From: Lysinibacillus sp.
Lineage (GTDB): Bacteria > Bacillota > Bacilli > Bacillales_A > Planococcaceae
Direction of reading: 5' to 3'
Assembly: GCA_051874195.1 (NCBI GenBank)
Contig: JBJEFP010000114.1
Span: forward strand, 1,760 to 65,759
DNA: 64,000 nt
Positions 27,322 to 36,337 of the stretch are shown here, piece by piece. The position numbers and the translations under genes are program-made. The number at the start of each line of letters is the position of its first letter. Within the stretch, counting starts at the first letter, position 1. The notes under the pieces were generated by a model. It made no database searches. It saw only the letters and a list, made by a program, of their open reading frames with translations, and had not been told where the DNA came from.

Positions 27322-28353
27322 TCATCCATCGATTCCCTGGAATGTTCCAGCTGGGATTTTCACTTCATGTTCTGCAGATTTTTGATAGACGATTCTATTG
27401 TCGGCGTCTTTAATGAATGCTACAAAATGATAGCATCCGGATTCCACCGCTATGAAACGTAATGTGTGGCTATCCGTATAAGGGAAGGTCTTCACCTTCT
27501 CCTTGTCCTTGAAAATGTACCAGGCATATCTAACTTCCTGATTCCCTGCTACGCTCAACAGGAATTCATGACCGTCCTGCTCCACCGTAAATGACGTAAT
27601 CTCCAGCGGTTCCTGTACGTTGGGTACGATTTCCATCAACTGCGATACGAGCAGCTTCTGGTAGAGGCTTACGTCCCCGTGGTTCGCAAATTCACCGACA
27701 TCCAGCTCACATGTAAAGCCATGCTGCTGCAGATGGTCGATGAAGGGAAGGACATGCCCTTTATAATGATGATCACCACGTCCGACATGGATGACCATTT
27801 GCGGCACCTTCTCTGCTTTTCTTACTAGCTCGAACAAAAGCTCATTGCAAAATGCAATATCTTCCTGTGATGTGCCTCCTGCTATGTACTGTAGCGTCGG
27901 ATATTCGCCAGCATTGTATAAATATCTTCCAAGGTACGTCTGCGGAGCGCCGACGATGGTATGACCGAAGCCGTATTTAATGGAGTAGTACAGGGCAGCG
28001 TAGCCCCCCTTGCTCGAACCGCAGCAAATAATGTTTTCATCCTTGATGGCATTTTCAGACGAGATGTGCCGGATTAATGAAATGACCGACTCCTCCACAT
28101 CAAACACCCTGTTTTCCCCAAGGTAGTAGCAGCCCCTGCCGCCGTAGTCATCCAGGATATACAGCTTGTTGACATCTACTTGCTGCAATGTCCGGATGTA
28201 GTTGTAGGCTGGCGGTGCCCCTACAGGATTGAACCCGGAAAACATGACGACCAAATGCTCGCTTTCCTGCTGGGCAGGAATGAATAAGTATTTGATTTTT
28301 CGTTTCCCGTTAAATATTTGTTCATTTTTGAGTAATGTTTTCATGTTTTTCAC
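27322..28353 (-). CDS. Asp2-like alpha/beta hydrolase-fold protein (probable O-acyl transferase/esterase) with C-terminal beta domain
   Basis: LVVMFSGF, YNYIRTL, GSSKGGYAALYY nucleophile elbow, DHHY. Confidence 0.7.
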   Translation of the reverse strand: MKNMKTLLKNEQIFNGKRKIKYLFIPAQQESEHLVVMFSGFNPVGAPPAYNYIRTLQQVDVNKLYILDDYGGRGCYYLGENRVFDVEESVISLIRHISSENAIKDENIICCGSSKGGYAALYYSIKYGFGHTIVGAPQTYLGRYLYNAGEYPTLQYIAGGTSQEDIAFCNELLFELVRKAEKVPQMVIHVGRGDHHYKGHVLPFIDHLQQHGFTCELDVGEFANHGDVSLYQKLLVSQLMEIVPNVQEPLEITSFTVEQDGHEFLLSVAGNQEVRYAWYIFKDKEKVKTFPYTDSHTLRFIAVESGCYHFVAFIKDADNRIVYQKSAEHEVKIPAGTFQGIDG

Positions 28354-29338
28354 CCACTACTGTCTTCGGATTTTCATCGTAGAGCAATGCTTCCAGTTCC
28401 TTGCATACGACTGACAGGTCATAATTCGACGACACAAAGCCCTTCAGCATCCCCACATCGACCAATTGATCTTGCAGGATATACTCCACCGCCTCGTCAT
28501 GCGACTCGAAGATGAATTGCTGCGGGAAGATCGTATTCACGCCTTCTCTTCTCAGCACGATTGGAACAGCTCCTGAAGCCATTCCTTCAATCGGGGCCAT
28601 ATGGAAGCTTTCGTAATCACTGACAGAAAGGACATAGCCAATGTTCTGCAGCCAGTCCGCTACATCGCCCCATCCTTCAAAGACGACGTTCTTTTTGTAC
28701 TCTGACTTCTCAATCCGCTCAAAAATCGCTTCATAGTGCTCCCGCTGCTCGGCATTATCCCATACCCAGCCGAAGTCCTTCGGGTGCTTGCCCTTGATGA
28801 ACAGCTTGTAGCGGTTATCCTTTGCATAGAGCTTTTCAAAAATATCAACGGCCCGGTCCAGGCGCTTGAGCTTCGGCACATAGCCGATGATGCCCAGGTT
28901 GAAGTTTGTCTTTGCCTTTTTCGGCTTGTCGAAGCGCTTTGTATCGATGGCATTGAAGATGACCTTCATCTTTTCCCTCGGCACTTTCGCTACTCTATAA
29001 AACTCTTCATAGATATAAGGGGAGATGGCGATGCACATATCAATCTTCGCATAGTCGAACATCTTGACATACTTCGTATCCATCTCGAAGCGGTGCAGGC
29101 GTACAATCAATTTCTGATGTTCCTTTTTGCGCTCCTGATACCAGATGACATTGCCGAGGCCCCACTCGCAGAAGAAGATGTCCGCCCATTCCGCGATTTC
29201 CATACTCCTCGCTTCATTATGGGCTTCATGGCCCTGCCATTCGTCGGTCTTCACCTCATACCCATCATGGTTTTTGAAAAACTCGATAATATGATTGATA
29301 AATTTTAAATCATGTCCTATAAAAGCTATTTTTTTCAT
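28322..29338 (-). CDS. Glycosyltransferase family 4
   Basis: GYVPKLKRLD, SVSDYESFHMAPIEGMASG (EX7E-type motif). Confidence 0.85.
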   Translation of the reverse strand: MKKIAFIGHDLKFINHIIEFFKNHDGYEVKTDEWQGHEAHNEARSMEIAEWADIFFCEWGLGNVIWYQERKKEHQKLIVRLHRFEMDTKYVKMFDYAKIDMCIAISPYIYEEFYRVAKVPREKMKVIFNAIDTKRFDKPKKAKTNFNLGIIGYVPKLKRLDRAVDIFEKLYAKDNRYKLFIKGKHPKDFGWVWDNAEQREHYEAIFERIEKSEYKKNVVFEGWGDVADWLQNIGYVLSVSDYESFHMAPIEGMASGAVPIVLRREGVNTIFPQQFIFESHDEAVEYILQDQLVDVGMLKGFVSSNYDLSVVCKELEALLYDENPKTVVGEKHENITQK

Positions 29339-29345
29339 AATTCAC

Positions 29346-31451
29346 CTATACCATCTTATATTGAATTTCGGCTTCGATATTCTCAACAGCTTGATAGTTT
29401 TCAATGAAGTTAAAACCATCGATGTTGAAGAATTGAGAGCCGTTTGTAAACCATTTGCTGATTTCACAGTCCTGCGCCAGGCATTCCATGAGCTCGTTCG
29501 GATTCTTCGTAAACAGGTTTTCCACCTTCAGGATCCCCTTGTCCAGAGAGCCGCGAGTGGAGAATCTGTACTGCTCTCCGTCAGCCTTCATGACGTGGGC
29601 ATCCGGCACGTATTTCGTCGCCAGCATCAAATCCGTCAGGTAGTTCTCTCCGTAGTAATGCGCCTGATTGAAGAACGCGATATATTTCACGCCAACCATC
29701 TGTTCGACGGAATTGTAATGGTGCATGTAATCCAATAGGAATGTGCTGATATTCTCTTTATTGTGTGTATTGAAGATGTCAAGATACCCTGGGAAGATGT
29801 CCAGCAGAATAATGCATTTTTTATGGGCATATTCCTGTCTCTCATACTGGGCCATCAGGCTTTCATAATCTTCCATGGACCTTACGATGCCTACCACCGC
29901 CACATCCGCTGCCGCCTGCTTGTATTCGACCTTCATGAAGTCCAGCATCTGTACGATGCGCTCCTCATACGTATGCTCCTGCAATACCTTGCGCAGGCCA
30001 AGTAATTTTGCCTTCTCGTAATACTCCTTATCCTCGAAGTAGTTCGAAATGCGCTCCTGCAGCTTGTTGAAGTCGTTCGATGCGACGACCAGATCCCCAA
30101 ACATATTTTCGATACCGAGCGATTTGGAGCTGACGACCGGTGTGTTGGATGCCAGGATTTCAAATACCCGTCTTGCGAACATCGTGGGTGAATCGACGAT
30201 ACTGTTAACGTTCAAGGCAATTTTATAGCCTTTGTATGCATAGTCGATCTCATCCCCGCGCAGCGTCCCGACGATATAGTCCTTGAAACGTTCAGGGAAC
30301 TGGTTCGGCGATTCCGGATTGTTGTAGTTCCGGTCAAAGATTTCAAGACCGTATTTCCCGGAAATATCAATCATATTATTCATGACCTCTGTACGTTCAG
30401 GGAATTTATCACCGTAATACGCCCCGGCGAATACAACCTTTTCTTTGCGTTCGTATTTCTCAATCGGATTGTGGTGCTTCGGCTGCGCTGCAAACGGGAA
30501 GACATCCACATTTTCGCACCCGTCCTTTTGATAGTGCTCGATGGACGTGGAGTCCGTCGTGAACACGTAATCAAAGTGCTTGGCCGTTTCAATGAATACA
30601 TCGTAATGGAACGGGTCTTCCTTGTTCCAGAAGATGGTCGGGATGTCATGGTTTTTGCACCATCTCACCAGCTCCAGCAAGTGCGTGTTGTTGCGCGGCC
30701 CCTTCGTACCGACCATGTTCGTCCAGTGGCCGTCATTGCCGACCCATGCCGACTCGCAGAAGAACAGGTCGATGTTGTTCGGGTTCAATTCCCCCTTCCA
30801 CTTGTACGGCTGTACTTTCAGGAGGTTGAACTCGGGCTCGAAGCTTCTTGTCGTGAATTCATCGCCGATAAAGATGACATTGAACTGCTTGATTTCCTTG
30901 TCAATACGCTTCACCTTATTGACATTCGAATCACGGCTGACTGTATACATGAACGGATTTTGTACGTACACGTAGCCTTTTCCGCTCGTTCGGATGCCGA
31001 ACTTGATGCCAGTCAATTTTTCCTTATTCGTCACCTTCAAATAGTTGAAGTTGTCCTGCAGCAGGCGATAGCTTTTCCGGTCCCCATCTTCATATAAAAG
31101 AATGAGATGGATTTCCGGGTTCGTCTGCTCCTCTTGATACAGCTTGAATTTGATTGCTACCTCCTCATGCTCCTTCAATACATTTTTAATTTGTTCAAGC
31201 ATGTCCATGTCTACAAAATAGGAGTAGCCGAATGCCTTTTCTTCGTAGTCGCATTTAATCGCTATGCCGTTATCTTCATTCGTAATTTGCACATGCTCGT
31301 TTCTGCTGAACTTATCGGCAGCGAACTGGAAATCCAGCACGCCAGACAGCTTGCAACCGTCAAAGCTTGGATTAATAGTGTATAGCTGTTCAACTAATTT
31401 CTTTCTCAGCTCTTGAAATTCTTGTTTTTTGTCTTCAATTAATTGCATCAC
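29346..31451 (-). CDS. Large glycosyltransferase (CgeB / Glyco_trans_1_2-like central domain)
   Basis: FFCESAWVGN, IFWNKEDP, FAAQP..HNP, ARRVFEILAS motifs. Confidence 0.8.
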   Translation of the reverse strand: MMQLIEDKKQEFQELRKKLVEQLYTINPSFDGCKLSGVLDFQFAADKFSRNEHVQITNEDNGIAIKCDYEEKAFGYSYFVDMDMLEQIKNVLKEHEEVAIKFKLYQEEQTNPEIHLILLYEDGDRKSYRLLQDNFNYLKVTNKEKLTGIKFGIRTSGKGYVYVQNPFMYTVSRDSNVNKVKRIDKEIKQFNVIFIGDEFTTRSFEPEFNLLKVQPYKWKGELNPNNIDLFFCESAWVGNDGHWTNMVGTKGPRNNTHLLELVRWCKNHDIPTIFWNKEDPFHYDVFIETAKHFDYVFTTDSTSIEHYQKDGCENVDVFPFAAQPKHHNPIEKYERKEKVVFAGAYYGDKFPERTEVMNNMIDISGKYGLEIFDRNYNNPESPNQFPERFKDYIVGTLRGDEIDYAYKGYKIALNVNSIVDSPTMFARRVFEILASNTPVVSSKSLGIENMFGDLVVASNDFNKLQERISNYFEDKEYYEKAKLLGLRKVLQEHTYEERIVQMLDFMKVEYKQAAADVAVVGIVRSMEDYESLMAQYERQEYAHKKCIILLDIFPGYLDIFNTHNKENISTFLLDYMHHYNSVEQMVGVKYIAFFNQAHYYGENYLTDLMLATKYVPDAHVMKADGEQYRFSTRGSLDKGILKVENLFTKNPNELMECLAQDCEISKWFTNGSQFFNIDGFNFIENYQAVENIEAEIQYKMV

Positions 31452-31453
31452 TA

Positions 31454-32530
31454 TTAACTCCTTTTCTTTTTAAATCCCCAATATTTTAAAGTCAGCTTGC
31501 CTAGCTTCGAATTTTTCAGCGCGTCGTACCTGCTTTCCAATAAGAGGTACCTTTCCTGCAGATCATTGAACTTGCCGGTCATTTCTTCATACTTGTTTTT
31601 GAAATACTTGTTCTCATTCACGAGCAATGTCGTTTCATTGATATAGATATCCATTTCATCAACGATGCGCAGCTTGTCCACAATCTGCTGTTCGACTTGT
31701 GCCTTCAGCTCTGTATGGTCGGCCGCCGCCTTCAAATATTTCGCCTCAAGCTGTTTGTTTTGCTCTTTCAGCGCCTTTTCCAGCTCCGTCTTCTTCTTCA
31801 ATTGCTCCTGCAATTGGTGAATCTGCTGTGTCAGATTCACCTTCTCCTGCTGCAAGGAATCGATTTGCTCGGGGATGGACTGGATGAGCATGTTCGTATC
31901 GCTCGTCTTCTGGACCAGCTCGCCTTTTAGTGAATGAAGCTCCTTATGCAGTGTCGAAATCTCCTTCAACACTTCCAGTTCAATTACCTTCGACTCGAAT
32001 TTTTGAGCTGGTGCCTCCTCGGGCTTGGGTTCAGGAGCGGTAACACCACTTAACCGTAAAAACAGTTCGTCCTGATCCGCCTCGGTATAGAAGGATGGGT
32101 AATACACTGTCTCATCCAGCAGCTCCTCCTTATATTCATAGAAGTTATTCACGCGGAGGATGCTCAGCAGATCTTCATTTGTCGCTGCCGTCACAATCGG
32201 TCTTTGGAAAGGGATGAGCTTGTTGATGATTTTCATTAAATTCTTTCTATTATTGATATATAGATAGATAACATCCGGATTCTCCAAGTTCTTCTCATCG
32301 ATAATGCCCTGAATCGTAAAGCTGCCTGAGATGAAAGGAATCGATATTTGCTCACTGCACTTGAAATTGTGGAGGACGCCCCCATTCCCGATTTTGAACA
32401 AATAGATTAATTCGTCTACATCGGCCCTTTCTGCACTCGACTTGATGTCCATATCACTGAAGATATATTTGACGAGGGATTTTTTTTCGCTTTCTTTATA
32501 GACTTGTTTATCGATGGTTAACTGATACAT
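31454..32530 (-). CDS. Hypothetical protein with long C-terminal coiled coil and basic amphipathic tail
   Basis: Heptad-rich E/K/Q/L region over about 160 aa; ends in NSKLGKLTLKYWGFKKKRS. Confidence 0.8.
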   Translation of the reverse strand: MYQLTIDKQVYKESEKKSLVKYIFSDMDIKSSAERADVDELIYLFKIGNGGVLHNFKCSEQISIPFISGSFTIQGIIDEKNLENPDVIYLYINNRKNLMKIINKLIPFQRPIVTAATNEDLLSILRVNNFYEYKEELLDETVYYPSFYTEADQDELFLRLSGVTAPEPKPEEAPAQKFESKVIELEVLKEISTLHKELHSLKGELVQKTSDTNMLIQSIPEQIDSLQQEKVNLTQQIHQLQEQLKKKTELEKALKEQNKQLEAKYLKAAADHTELKAQVEQQIVDKLRIVDEMDIYINETTLLVNENKYFKNKYEEMTGKFNDLQERYLLLESRYDALKNSKLGKLTLKYWGFKKKRS

Positions 32531-33824
32531 TCCTGTTTGCCTCCTCTAACTTTTCATAAAGTTCGACCAATACTTCTTTTTCTAGCTCCCAGTTGTAATT
32601 GTGCCTTGCCGATAAGGCATTCTCACTAAAGGCATTTCTTTTTTCACGGTTTTGCGTCAGCTCGTTCACTGCCCAAGCAATTTCGGCTGGGTTATGGGAA
32701 TCGATGCACAATCCAATCTCCTCCCCTTCTACCACCTTCCTGATTTCCGGAAAGCTGCAGGCAACGACAGGGACCCCGGCCATCATGTACTCGAACAGCT
32801 TATTAGACGATGCCGAATAATGATTGAAGCATACATTGTTCAAGATCTGGAACCCTAAATAGGCGTTGGCCGTATAGGCGGGCAGGTCCTGCAACGGTAC
32901 TTTCGGCAGGAATTTCACCCGCTCTTCCAATTGCATGTCACGTACCTTCTGCATGAGCTCTCCCTTGATCTTGCCATCTCCTATCAGCACGACGACCCCT
33001 TCTTTAAACAACGGAACGGCCTCAATCAATTTGTCCAAGCCGCGGCCGGTTTGTATGCCTCCCTGATAGAGCAATATTTTCTCTTTTTCTTGTATGCCTA
33101 ATAAATCATGTAAATTTACTACGTTTTGGGTTTGCACATTAGCAGTAAACGGGTAATTATGAACGACATGGGGATAAAAGCCGTATAATTCCTCGTTATA
33201 CGCGGCGCGGGTATGATTTTCAACAATCATGACATCCGCCTTCTTGACGAAATAGCTTTCCAACATCCCATGGATACGGCCATAGCCTGTACGACTCGTT
33301 TGCACCTCATGCGAATCATAGACGAGCTTTTTAGGAAGAAATCTAAGCTTTGCGCACATATATCCTTGCGGCAGTGTATTCAAATCATTCGAATGGTAGA
33401 TGTCATACCGCTTTTGCCTGCCCCTCCAAATCATCCGGCCGATGATGCAAAGGTTGATCACTACCTTTTTCACCTTTGTCTTGAGCAGGGCGAAGATCAG
33501 GATGGAAAGGACGACCGTCATGAGCGGCCATGCCCACAGTGAGATGAGCCAGCCTGCTACAAGCGCGGCAGCCAGCGCCTTATTTTCTTTCACCGCACGG
33601 ATGAGCCCCTGCATCCACACAAGGAGCACCGGATAACGACGCACCCTCTGTACGGTGAAGCGTTCATTCAGCTTCTCCTCAAAAGGCATCGTCCTGTCAT
33701 TCGGGTCATGGATGCATATCAAATCGACATGGTACCCTTCCTCGGATAATGCGGTGCACTCTCGCATGACACGCGCATCATTTGTAAAGTGGTTCCATAC
33801 GAACATACATATTTTCTTTTCCAT
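32508..33824 (-). CDS. Glycosyltransferase family 4
   Basis: NDARV.RE, YDSHE, YQGGI..GRG, SNKLFEYMMAGVPVV. Confidence 0.88.
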   Translation of the reverse strand: MEKKICMFVWNHFTNDARVMRECTALSEEGYHVDLICIHDPNDRTMPFEEKLNERFTVQRVRRYPVLLVWMQGLIRAVKENKALAAALVAGWLISLWAWPLMTVVLSILIFALLKTKVKKVVINLCIIGRMIWRGRQKRYDIYHSNDLNTLPQGYMCAKLRFLPKKLVYDSHEVQTSRTGYGRIHGMLESYFVKKADVMIVENHTRAAYNEELYGFYPHVVHNYPFTANVQTQNVVNLHDLLGIQEKEKILLYQGGIQTGRGLDKLIEAVPLFKEGVVVLIGDGKIKGELMQKVRDMQLEERVKFLPKVPLQDLPAYTANAYLGFQILNNVCFNHYSASSNKLFEYMMAGVPVVACSFPEIRKVVEGEEIGLCIDSHNPAEIAWAVNELTQNREKRNAFSENALSARHNYNWELEKEVLVELYEKLEEANRNVSVNHR

Positions 33825-33825
33825 T

Positions 33826-35088
33826 TCAGTTAACCTTGCTGTCCATATTCATCATTTCTTTTTTTGGTTCCAGCTTGCAGACGTTCTGCACAGCATCTTC
33901 ATTTTCGATTGCATCAATCAGTGTTTGGATATTCGACTCCCACAGGAAATCCTGTTGAATGACTTTTTGGTTATTCAGGGCAATTTCTTCCGCAACATCT
34001 TGTTGGTTCTTCAGGTGGATGATGAAACGGACAATTTCATCCACATTTCGAGTTTCCGATACATAGCCGATTCCTTTTTCTTCAATCAGCGACTTGATAT
34101 AGCCAGACGCCCCAGCCGCAATCGGCAGCCCGCATGCAATATAGTCGATCAGCTTACCGGGCAAGACCGTTTCAAATACCTCCTCATCCTTTAAACAGAG
34201 GACGCCGACATGATTCTGCTTAATCAGTTCTAGGCACCCTTTTCTCGTCATCGCCCGTATGAAATGCACGTTATTGAGATGGCGCTCCTTTACAAACCGC
34301 TGCAGCTCGACCTTTTTCAATCCGAAGCCCACTACATTCAAGCGAATGCCCTCCTCGTGAAGGGCTATTGAAAGCCCCTTGAGAAATTCCACATCCTGTG
34401 CAAGTCCGATATTGCCGGAATACACAACTGCAAATTCCCCCTTTTCCTGCCGTTTGAAGACCAATTCCTCTTTACGGATAGAATTCGGGATGAAATAGAT
34501 GGGCTTTTCTTTCTTCAAGCGCGACTTGATGTGACTGTGAAACCCCCTGCTATTGATGACAATGGAATCGGCCCTGTTGTATAAATACTTTTCCATCAAT
34601 TTGAATAACGAAATAATCCATTTATAATTAAAAACACCTACACCTCTTAAAGAATCCGGCCACAAATCCCGAACATCCAAAATCAATTTTGCTTTAAATC
34701 GAAATTTTGCCAATACGCCAACCACACCAAGAAAAATCGGGGGGCTGGTGACAAGCACTGCATCATATCTGCTTTTAGAAAATAAAATCATCCAAATCAT
34801 CCGACACATCATTTCCAAATAATAAAGCAGTCGATTGAACATGTTTCTCGTATATTTCCGGTTCGCCACCTTCACACGATGAATCTGTTCATCTTCATTG
34901 AGCTCCCTGTCATGCCAAAATTGCTTTTCTACATATAATTTTTTGTTCGGATAAGAAGCCTCCGTTGTCAGGACGTGGACTTCATATTGCTTATTTAAAA
35001 GCTGATAAATATTTTTAATACGGTTCCCTGCACTTCCTATTTCAGGATAAAAATTCTGACTTATTACCAATAGACGTTTTTTGGACAT
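33826..35088 (-). CDS. Glycosyltransferase family 4 (WbuB-like)
   Basis: QNFYPEIGS, TSPP, DVRDLWPD, YSGNIGLAQ, PGKLIDYIACG. Confidence 0.88.
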   Translation of the reverse strand: MSKKRLLVISQNFYPEIGSAGNRIKNIYQLLNKQYEVHVLTTEASYPNKKLYVEKQFWHDRELNEDEQIHRVKVANRKYTRNMFNRLLYYLEMMCRMIWMILFSKSRYDAVLVTSPPIFLGVVGVLAKFRFKAKLILDVRDLWPDSLRGVGVFNYKWIISLFKLMEKYLYNRADSIVINSRGFHSHIKSRLKKEKPIYFIPNSIRKEELVFKRQEKGEFAVVYSGNIGLAQDVEFLKGLSIALHEEGIRLNVVGFGLKKVELQRFVKERHLNNVHFIRAMTRKGCLELIKQNHVGVLCLKDEEVFETVLPGKLIDYIACGLPIAAGASGYIKSLIEEKGIGYVSETRNVDEIVRFIIHLKNQQDVAEEIALNNQKVIQQDFLWESNIQTLIDAIENEDAVQNVCKLEPKKEMMNMDSKVN

Positions 35089-35341
35089 TTTTTAGCCCCT
35101 TTACCTCTGCAAATGTTGTCGAACACTGATGCAAGTTCTCTCACCTACTTCGTCCACCCCCTGCCGGCTCAGCCTTCTTACCTAGGAAACTTCTAGTAGT
35201 GATCAATCATTTATCTTTTTTACTCCATGTAATCATCCTGTCCACCCTTGCTTCAGGAGACCCTTTTCGAATGGCTGCCGCCATTTGCTCCATCATCATG
35301 CAGCATGGATTGTTAACAACGAAATACAACAGCTACCAGCC

Positions 35342-35371
35342 TTCTTGCAAAGGCCTTCCTGCTTGCAAGAA
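35342..35371 (-). terminator. Hairpin downstream of the 278-aa membrane-anchored protein gene
   Basis: ttcttgcaa / ttgcaagaa inverted repeat; no strong T tract. Confidence 0.45.
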
Positions 35372-35421
35372 ATGAGGTGGTGGTATTTCCACTAGATTCA
35401 TGGTGATCTACCTAAATTTTC

Positions 35422-36258
35422 TTATTTGATTTCCTCCAAAGCCTTTTTCATGAGCGCGGAACGCCGTTGTTCTTTCGCCTGTTCATATTCAGTACGGAAG
35501 CTTTTGGACTCTGATTTGTTGAACCCGTTGGCTACAAGGTCAGCCTCGACTACCTTCATCAGATTTTCAAAGGCTGCGTCCGTTGATTCTTCCAGAGCAC
35601 TGGAGGAATTCATATACTTCGTGTAGAAGTACCCGGCACTGACTTTTTCGCCATTTGCTTTTTTCTGTGTATATTCCTTTTTCGCAGCAGCTACTAAATT
35701 GTTGACGCGTGCCTCCGCTTGTTCCTCTAGCGAAACAAATGTACCGCGGTATTTTTCCCTTATGGATTCCGCTGTTACGGGAGCCGGCTTGGCAGCAGGA
35801 GGGTTGTTACTAGGCTGCGGATTTGCCGGTTTGGCTGGCGCCGCCTCTTTTTTCACAGGCTCCTCCTCTTTTACAACCGTTTCCGTTTGCTCTTCTTTAG
35901 CCGGAGGGACTGTATTTGCAGGACTTGTTGTCGATTCCTTTGGAGCGGCATTCGCTACAGGTACATTATTTTCGTCCTTTTTCTCCGTCTCAGCTTTCGC
36001 CACTGCTTCAACTTCGGCTTCCTCTGCTTTAGCAGTTGCCTCATTGTTTTCTTCTATGATTTTTCCATCTTTCCCAATCTTCATCGTAGTGCCATCAGGT
36101 AGCTCGATTTCATACCCTTCTTCTACAATGCCATCCACTTCTTCATCCGCTATGTCATACGTTTTGAATTTGAATTCATAAAGAACATAGCTGCCACCGA
36201 GTAAAATGACGACTCCAAGAGATAGTAATAACCATTTGAGTATTCTCATTTTTGACAA
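35422..36258 (-). CDS. Membrane-anchored extracellular hypothetical protein (TM, Ala/Glu/Pro-rich linker, helical C-terminal domain)
   Basis: N-terminal hydrophobic helix, low-complexity linker, 278-aa clean ORF. Confidence 0.8.
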   Translation of the reverse strand: MSKMRILKWLLLSLGVVILLGGSYVLYEFKFKTYDIADEEVDGIVEEGYEIELPDGTTMKIGKDGKIIEENNEATAKAEEAEVEAVAKAETEKKDENNVPVANAAPKESTTSPANTVPPAKEEQTETVVKEEEPVKKEAAPAKPANPQPSNNPPAAKPAPVTAESIREKYRGTFVSLEEQAEARVNNLVAAAKKEYTQKKANGEKVSAGYFYTKYMNSSSALEESTDAAFENLMKVVEADLVANGFNKSESKSFRTEYEQAKEQRRSALMKKALEEIK

Positions 36259-36337
36259 TTTCGCCTTCTTCCTGTTGTGTAAGGTGAGGTCCTTGAATGA
36301 ACTCCCTAAAGCATTTCTGCTTTAGGGAGAAAAATCA

